A stretch of DNA of 64,000 nt from Ignavibacteriota bacterium (GTDB taxonomy: Bacteria; Bacteroidota; Ignavibacteria; UBA10030; SZUA-254), in NCBI GenBank assembly GCA_016212665.1, contig JACREZ010000032.1, forward strand, positions 65,566 through 129,565. Direction: 5' to 3'. The notes below the pieces were generated by a model that saw only the letters and a program-made list of their open reading frames with translations, had not been told where the DNA came from and ran no database searches. Both the position numbers and the translations under genes were made by a program. Each line of letters opens with the position of its first letter. The stretch's first letter is position 1. Below are positions 63,369 through 64,000 of this stretch, in pieces.

Positions 63369-64000
63369 ATGAAAATCTTAGTCATCGGAAGCGGCGGACG
63401 GGAACATGCTTTGGTGTGGAAACTCAAACAGAGCAAACAAGTCCAGAAACTTTTCTGCGGTCCCGGAAATCCCGGAATTGCAGAACATGCTGAGTGCGTT
63501 CCAATCAAAGCAAATGATATTGAAGCGTTAAAAAAATTTGCTCTTGAACAGAACGTTGACCTGACCATCGTCGGACCCGAGCAGCCTCTTGTTGACGGAA
63601 TTGTTGATGAGTTTGAATCTGCCGGATTGAAAATCTTCGGGCCTTCAAAGTTTGCAGCACAGTTGGAAGGGAGTAAAATCTTCGCCAAGCAGTTCATGAG
63701 GCGGCACAACATTCCGACTGCGAAGTTTGAAACGTTTGAAAGCCATCAAATAACAGAAGCAAAAGATTTCATTTCGAACTGCTCACTTCCCATCGTTATC
63801 AAAGCAGACGGACTTGCGGCAGGAAAAGGAGTTGCAATTTGTTTGACTAAAAACGAAGCAACCGAAATCCTCCATCAATACTTTGAAGAGCGAGTATTTG
63901 CCGATGCTGGAACACGAATCGTCATCGAAGAATTTATGGAAGGTGAAGAAGCATCCATCTTCGCGTTGACAGATGGAAAGAATTTCGTCACGCTCTCCCC
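63369..64000 (+). CDS. purD: Phosphoribosylamine--glycine ligase, partial
   Basis: MKILVIGSGGREHAL, VGPEQPL, LEGSK, KADGLAAGKGV read by eye; runs off window end. Confidence 0.95.
   Translation, partial: MKILVIGSGGREHALVWKLKQSKQVQKLFCGPGNPGIAEHAECVPIKANDIEALKKFALEQNVDLTIVGPEQPLVDGIVDEFESAGLKIFGPSKFAAQLEGSKIFAKQFMRRHNIPTAKFETFESHQITEAKDFISNCSLPIVIKADGLAAGKGVAICLTKNEATEILHQYFEERVFADAGTRIVIEEFMEGEEASIFALTDGKNFVTLS

Overview
Bacterial chromosomal window, most consistent with an Ignavibacteria/Chlorobi-Bacteroidota lineage (two large proteins with T9SS C-terminal QNYPNPFNP sorting domains, many 7-8 bp tandem repeats and REP-like palindromes). Housekeeping genes (moeB, suhB, hflX, tRNA-Pro, an NtrC-type regulator, wcaJ-like sugar transferase, gmhA, alaS, clpS, groES/groEL with CIRCE, speB, acyl-CoA dehydrogenase, guaB, M24 peptidase, purD) surround a ~22 kb accessory region (about 24.8-46.8 kb). 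That region holds: (i) a triplicated promoter plus attI-like platform followed by integron-like cassettes (HTH-ImmA/IrrE + DUF4411 PIN pair, two HEPN-motif proteins), with no integrase in the window; (ii) a nonsense-interrupted SIR2-like gene; (iii) a nine-gene minus-strand operon made of a holin-like membrane/amidase fusion, a paralogous membrane protein and two coiled-coil envelope proteins, followed by DUF362, CPBP, PLD, permuted NlpC/P60 and sphingomyelinase-like genes; (iv) a TA-flanked MITE with a degenerate second copy. Four sequence-unrelated, strictly 21-bp-phased degenerate arrays occur in intergenic DNA, three directly upstream of small helical-bundle, Fn3 or HTH genes. All family assignments are from motif recognition by eye; no database search was run.
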